NCBI GenBank assembly: GCA_040383605.1
Contig: JBEIDF010000002.1
Span: 6,769-70,768 of the forward strand
Length of the DNA stretch: 64,000 nt
Reading direction: 5' to 3'
Source: Lewinellaceae bacterium
GTDB taxonomy: Bacteria > Bacteroidota > Bacteroidia > Chitinophagales > Saprospiraceae
The position numbers were made by a program, and so were the translations under genes. How positions within the stretch are numbered: the stretch's first letter is position 1; each line of letters starts with the position of its first letter. Positions 61,201-64,000 of the stretch are shown here, in pieces. The notes below the pieces were generated by a model. The model made no database searches and had not been told where the DNA came from. It saw only the letters and a list, made by a program, of their open reading frames with translations.

Positions 61201-62792
61201 GGATAACCGGTCGCTTCGAATCCACCGACCCCGCCCAGGATACGCTGGCATTCGAGGGCCGCACCGCCTTCTACGACCTGAAATCCAGTCAACTCAAAAT
61301 CGGCGGCGTGCAGCAAATCAAATCGGCTGACGCCATTATTTACCCCGATTCCGTGGACGTAGAAATTTTACCCGGCGGTAAAATGAAACAGCTGGAAAAT
61401 TGCAAAATCGTCGCCGATACCGTAACCCAATACCACACGATCAACCGCGCAACGGTAGATATTTTGGGCAAAAAATTATTCAACGCGAAGGGCTACTACG
61501 AGTACAATATCCCGGATTATAAACAGGAAATCTTTTTTAACAACATTGTCGGACAACGCTACGGCGCCGGCACGCAAGGTACCAAACCGGTGCATACCAC
61601 GGCTTCCGGCCAGATACTGGAAGCAAATGGCTTTCGGATGGATATAAAGACGCTGTTTAAAGGTGAAATTTTGCTGGAATCCACCAAACCCAATCTCCGT
61701 TTTGAAGGCTACGCCAAACTAGACGCCGACCGCCTGCCCAATTCGCAATGGTTCAGCGTCTATTCAGAGGTGGATAAAAACGCCCCGCTTATCCGGATCG
61801 AAAAAGCGAGTAATGAGGCCGGTGACCCGCTCGTAACCGGGTTTTACGTATCCAAGGAGGTCTCCGAGTGTTACCCGCGCATCTTGCTGCCGGCCTATGC
61901 GCGTGTGGATCGGCAGCTGATGGACTGCCAGGGTTTTTATCGCTATGAGGCCCAAACGGATCGCTATTTCTTCGGCGATTCCGCCCGCGTGCTCGACCCC
62001 GCGCGCAACGGCAATTTGATGATCTACGACAACCGCGTGGGCAGCGTGCAGGCGGAAGGTCGCCTGAATATCGGCGAAGGCCTGAATTATATGAAGGTGA
62101 AGGCCTCGGGAAGATTGAAATCTGATTTTGAACTCGCCGACACCGTATCGCATACCGTGACAGGAGAATTTATGACCGGGATGGAAATCCGGTTGCCGAA
62201 GGTATTGCTCGATCTCCTGGTAGATGATATCCGTTCATCCAGCTTTGACGCGCCGATTGCCGGATACACGTCGCAGGGGCCGTTTTATCAACAGGCGCTG
62301 CCGGAATTTGTCAGCGATCCGAAAAACCTGGATGAGGCGCTGGCCAACCTAAAAGGCAATCTGATCGCGCTGCCAAAGGCCGATAACAAATACGCGTTCT
62401 TGCTTGGACGGCATCCGGTGATCTGGAATGAAGAGTATCAATCTTTTGTTTCTATGGAAGATCGTTTCCCGCTGATCGCTATCAACGGCGAGCCGATTAA
62501 CAAAGTGCTCACCATGTACGCGGAATATAAAATGCCCTCGGGCGGGGATGATCGTTTTTATCTCTATATCAAAGCGTCCGCGGATATTTGGTATTTCTTT
62601 GGCTACCAGGCCGGCGTATTGAATGTAGTCTCGTCCAGCACAAAGTTTAACGACACCTTGGCCGGCTTAAAAGCCAAAGAAACCCAAATCAAGATGCCCG
62701 ACGGTGAGTTGTACGAAATCGTGGCGGCCAATCCTTCGCTGGCAAACGCGTTTGTGAGTCGCGTGAAAGAAGGTCGGCAAAAGGGGAACTAA
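58290..62792 (+). CDS. Very large secreted hypothetical protein (1500 aa)
   Basis: This is an uninterrupted 4.5-kb ORF with a signal peptide (FACLFCLALSSASAQ) from the ATG at 58290. I recognised no repeats or catalytic motifs. Confidence 0.75.
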   Translation: MTRFFSCFACLFCLALSSASAQLPTSFPENPTEFTAALGEFMTAGKRPDMEASFAAFKTRQKSGQISEARMQRIVRLSNVLAAQRLSPFPYYLHYVDAVTSALADPDSLLFDRWHTLAEQTLGAIERGKTKPLGQFLEFSADFMAERAFKRGEGGSVTWRIRGGNYRFDYLDSKPRVVCEAVELIGARKQDSIVVLDANGTYYPLEQIWIGEKGKVTWEAAGLDPSVYAQLKNFRIEAQKPLFQCDSVLLYYPLYFPKGPVVGKFEHNVVIGGGGQFPKFESFDRNLTISKLGEGIEYVGGFRLSGSSLYGYGNKSEPARVTMYSKKRKKVFYGAGELFIIKRETSLIAEGVDAKLFMDNDSLYHPAVGLRVDIPKEIIQLTRGQKGSERNPFFSSFYNMNLDAETITWYFNMDSLEIGARSVMARGVPQKVQFESSNRFDAKEYIQLQNIASQNPISTLYILHLETGSRILSDDAFAERLNPKFDYSSIQTVLAEMVAKGFINYYFDRHEIELRDKLIHYALASQGKKDFDAINIVSESMETNAQLDLRTKETKINEVKNIELSSRQRVALVPEGRALTLLQNRDMRFTGRLFAGYALFEGKDMHFTYDKYQVEFDSVRNLDFYLPTGKSDKNNQPVALAMNSTIEYVSGVLLVDAPSNKSGKEDLSIFPSLQSQKNAFVYYERPAIQGGVYKRDSFFFKLDPFSFNGLDSYTPADLKFKGEMQSAEIFPPFRETIIVREQDKSFGYIHKTPAAGYPAYSKKGKYTGDVDLSNQGFLGLGKVEYLTADIESEDIIFRPRQMTCTARRFFMEEDRAGAVKVPQAKGQDVKVNWLPYRDSMYVESKAKDFELFKQPGYTHQGILILTPSGLKGNGRFDWAEGRLISSLISYGPFQAKADTANLQIKALSGSDIVFDSKNVRGELDFDRLTGEFKANTADANTEMPLNRYRTSMNEFSWDMRAKTITFKTDERITGRFESTDPAQDTLAFEGRTAFYDLKSSQLKIGGVQQIKSADAIIYPDSVDVEILPGGKMKQLENCKIVADTVTQYHTINRATVDILGKKLFNAKGYYEYNIPDYKQEIFFNNIVGQRYGAGTQGTKPVHTTASGQILEANGFRMDIKTLFKGEILLESTKPNLRFEGYAKLDADRLPNSQWFSVYSEVDKNAPLIRIEKASNEAGDPLVTGFYVSKEVSECYPRILLPAYARVDRQLMDCQGFYRYEAQTDRYFFGDSARVLDPARNGNLMIYDNRVGSVQAEGRLNIGEGLNYMKVKASGRLKSDFELADTVSHTVTGEFMTGMEIRLPKVLLDLLVDDIRSSSFDAPIAGYTSQGPFYQQALPEFVSDPKNLDEALANLKGNLIALPKADNKYAFLLGRHPVIWNEEYQSFVSMEDRFPLIAINGEPINKVLTMYAEYKMPSGGDDRFYLYIKASADIWYFFGYQAGVLNVVSSSTKFNDTLAGLKAKETQIKMPDGELYEIVAANPSLANAFVSRVKEGRQKGN

Positions 62793-62800
62793 GGCGCCGG

Positions 62801-64000
62801 TTACGATTCAGAGGTAAAATGAAAGGCTATATTAGGGAAATTCTCCCGTACGGTTTGTAGCGTCCAGGCTGTTTCGGCCAAAAAAACCAAATTTCCTTCG
62901 CTGTCTTTCGCGATATCGCGTCTGCGGCGCTCGAGAAATTCCTGCAGCGCCTTGGGGTCTTCGGAAGAAATCCAGCAGGCTTTGTGCAGGTTGACTGGCT
63001 CGTAGCGGCATTTAGCGCCGTATTCCGACTCGAGGCGGTGTTGAATGACCTCAAATTGGAGTTGTCCTACGGTGCCGATAATCCGTCTGTTATCGCTCTG
63101 CCGGATAAACATCTGCGCCACCCCCTCGTCCATGAGCTGTTCCAGCCCTTTTGCAAACTGTTTCTGTTTGAGCGGGTCGGCGTTTTCGACATACCGGAAC
63201 AGCTCCGGCGAGAAAGCCGGAATACCTTTAAAGTGCAGTTCTTCGCCTTCGGTCAGCGTATCGCCGATTTTAAAATTCCCGGAATCATACAGGCCCACCA
63301 CATCGCCCGGCCAGGCCTCCTCCAGTAGGGTCTTTTTACTGGCCATGAACATGGTGGGGTTGGGAAATTTTATATCCCGACCCAGGCGGATGTGTCGGTA
63401 GTTCTTGTTGCGTTCAAATTTTCCGGAGCAAATCCGCATAAAAGCGATGCGATCCCGGTGTTTGGGATCCATATTCGCGAATATTTTAAATACAAACCCG
63501 CTGAATTTTTCCTCTTCCGGGCGCACCAGGCGCTCTTCGGCCTGCCGGGGCAGGGGTGTTGGCGCAATTTCCACAAAGCAGTCCAGCAGTTCTTTTACAC
63601 CGAAGTTATTGACGGCCGAGCCAAAAAATACGGGACAAACTTCCCCGTCCAGGTATTCCTGCCGCGAAAAAACCGGATACACCGCCTCTACGGTCTCCAC
63701 CTCCTCCCGGAGGGTGCGCGCGGCGGATTCGCCGATAATTTTTTCCAGATCCGGGTTGTTCAGATCCTCGAAAACGACGACAGATTCTTCCTCCTGTTTG
63801 CCGTGCGGGTTGAACAGCACGAGTTGCTTTTCATACAAATTATATACGCCTTTGAAGCGCTGGCCCATGCCGATGGGCCAGGAAAGGGGGCGCACGCGGA
63901 CGTTCAGTTTCTGCTCGATTTCATCCAGCAGGTCGAACGCGTCGCGGCCCTCGCGGTCGAGTTTGTTGATAAAAAATATGATGGGCGTATCGCGCATGCG
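62801..64000 (-). CDS. prfC: Peptide chain release factor 3 (N-terminal GTPase part lies beyond the window end)
   Basis: The sequence TPIIFFINKLDREGRDAFDLLDEIE..L......P..WPIGMG..FKGVY is typical of RF3. The frame stays open to position 64000. Confidence 0.9.
   Translation of the reverse strand, partial: RMRDTPIIFFINKLDREGRDAFDLLDEIEQKLNVRVRPLSWPIGMGQRFKGVYNLYEKQLVLFNPHGKQEEESVVVFEDLNNPDLEKIIGESAARTLREEVETVEAVYPVFSRQEYLDGEVCPVFFGSAVNNFGVKELLDCFVEIAPTPLPRQAEERLVRPEEEKFSGFVFKIFANMDPKHRDRIAFMRICSGKFERNKNYRHIRLGRDIKFPNPTMFMASKKTLLEEAWPGDVVGLYDSGNFKIGDTLTEGEELHFKGIPAFSPELFRYVENADPLKQKQFAKGLEQLMDEGVAQMFIRQSDNRRIIGTVGQLQFEVIQHRLESEYGAKCRYEPVNLHKACWISSEDPKALQEFLERRRRDIAKDSEGNLVFLAETAWTLQTVRENFPNIAFHFTSES

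Noticed and set aside
1-64000. I searched for tRNA, rRNA, tmRNA, RNase P, riboswitches, transposases, toxin-antitoxin pairs and known defence systems (restriction-modification, CBASS, retron, Abi and similar).
   Set aside because: I found none by eye. No T-loop GGTTCGAATCC-type sequences or rRNA-like stretches lie in the intergenic regions, and no nuclease, helicase, reverse-transcriptase or methylase combinations are present. Absence cannot be proven without Infernal, tRNAscan or HMM scans.

Overview
This is a 64-kb chromosomal window from a visibly GC-rich member of the Bacteroidota. Three lines of evidence support that placement: a porP/sprF-gldK-gldL-gldM-gldN type IX secretion (T9SS)/gliding core operon, three proteins with T9SS type-A C-terminal sorting domains, and TAnnTTTG-type -7 promoter motifs with no Shine-Dalgarno sequences. 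I support about 50 protein-coding genes, mostly housekeeping or envelope functions. They include:
- Nucleotide, RNA and translation functions: nrdA 3' end, truB, rpsU, prmA, prfC 5'-truncated by the window edge, and an RluA-family synthase.
- Regulation and proteolysis: a propeller histidine kinase with a LytTR regulator, clpS-aat, an HtrA-like protease and an M23 peptidase.
- Metabolism: a peroxiredoxin, aldehyde dehydrogenase, mqnD, ald and paaB-paaC.
- Transport and envelope: a NatAB-like ABC pair, MscS, an MsbA-like exporter, and a LolA-like + 2x FtsX + ATPase module.
- DNA functions: a Xer-type recombinase, recN and an Smr protein.

I recognised no rRNA, tRNA, CRISPR array, transposase, phage gene or known defence gene.

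The least explained content is non-coding:
- A dispersed family of (GATTGSG)n heptanucleotide arrays sits in at least seven intergenic gaps.
- A ~90-bp hairpin repeat is present twice.
- There are ~160-bp palindromic elements, one of which looks nested inside another copy between clpS and aat.

Protein-level candidates for follow-up are a three-gene envelope module (38.5-42.4 kb), a 1500-aa secreted protein with no recognisable motif, a secreted charged-heptad mini-protein, an orphan paaBC pair and a 144-aa protein of unknown function. I found no clear complete novel system. All homology statements come from reading motifs by eye, not from database searches.
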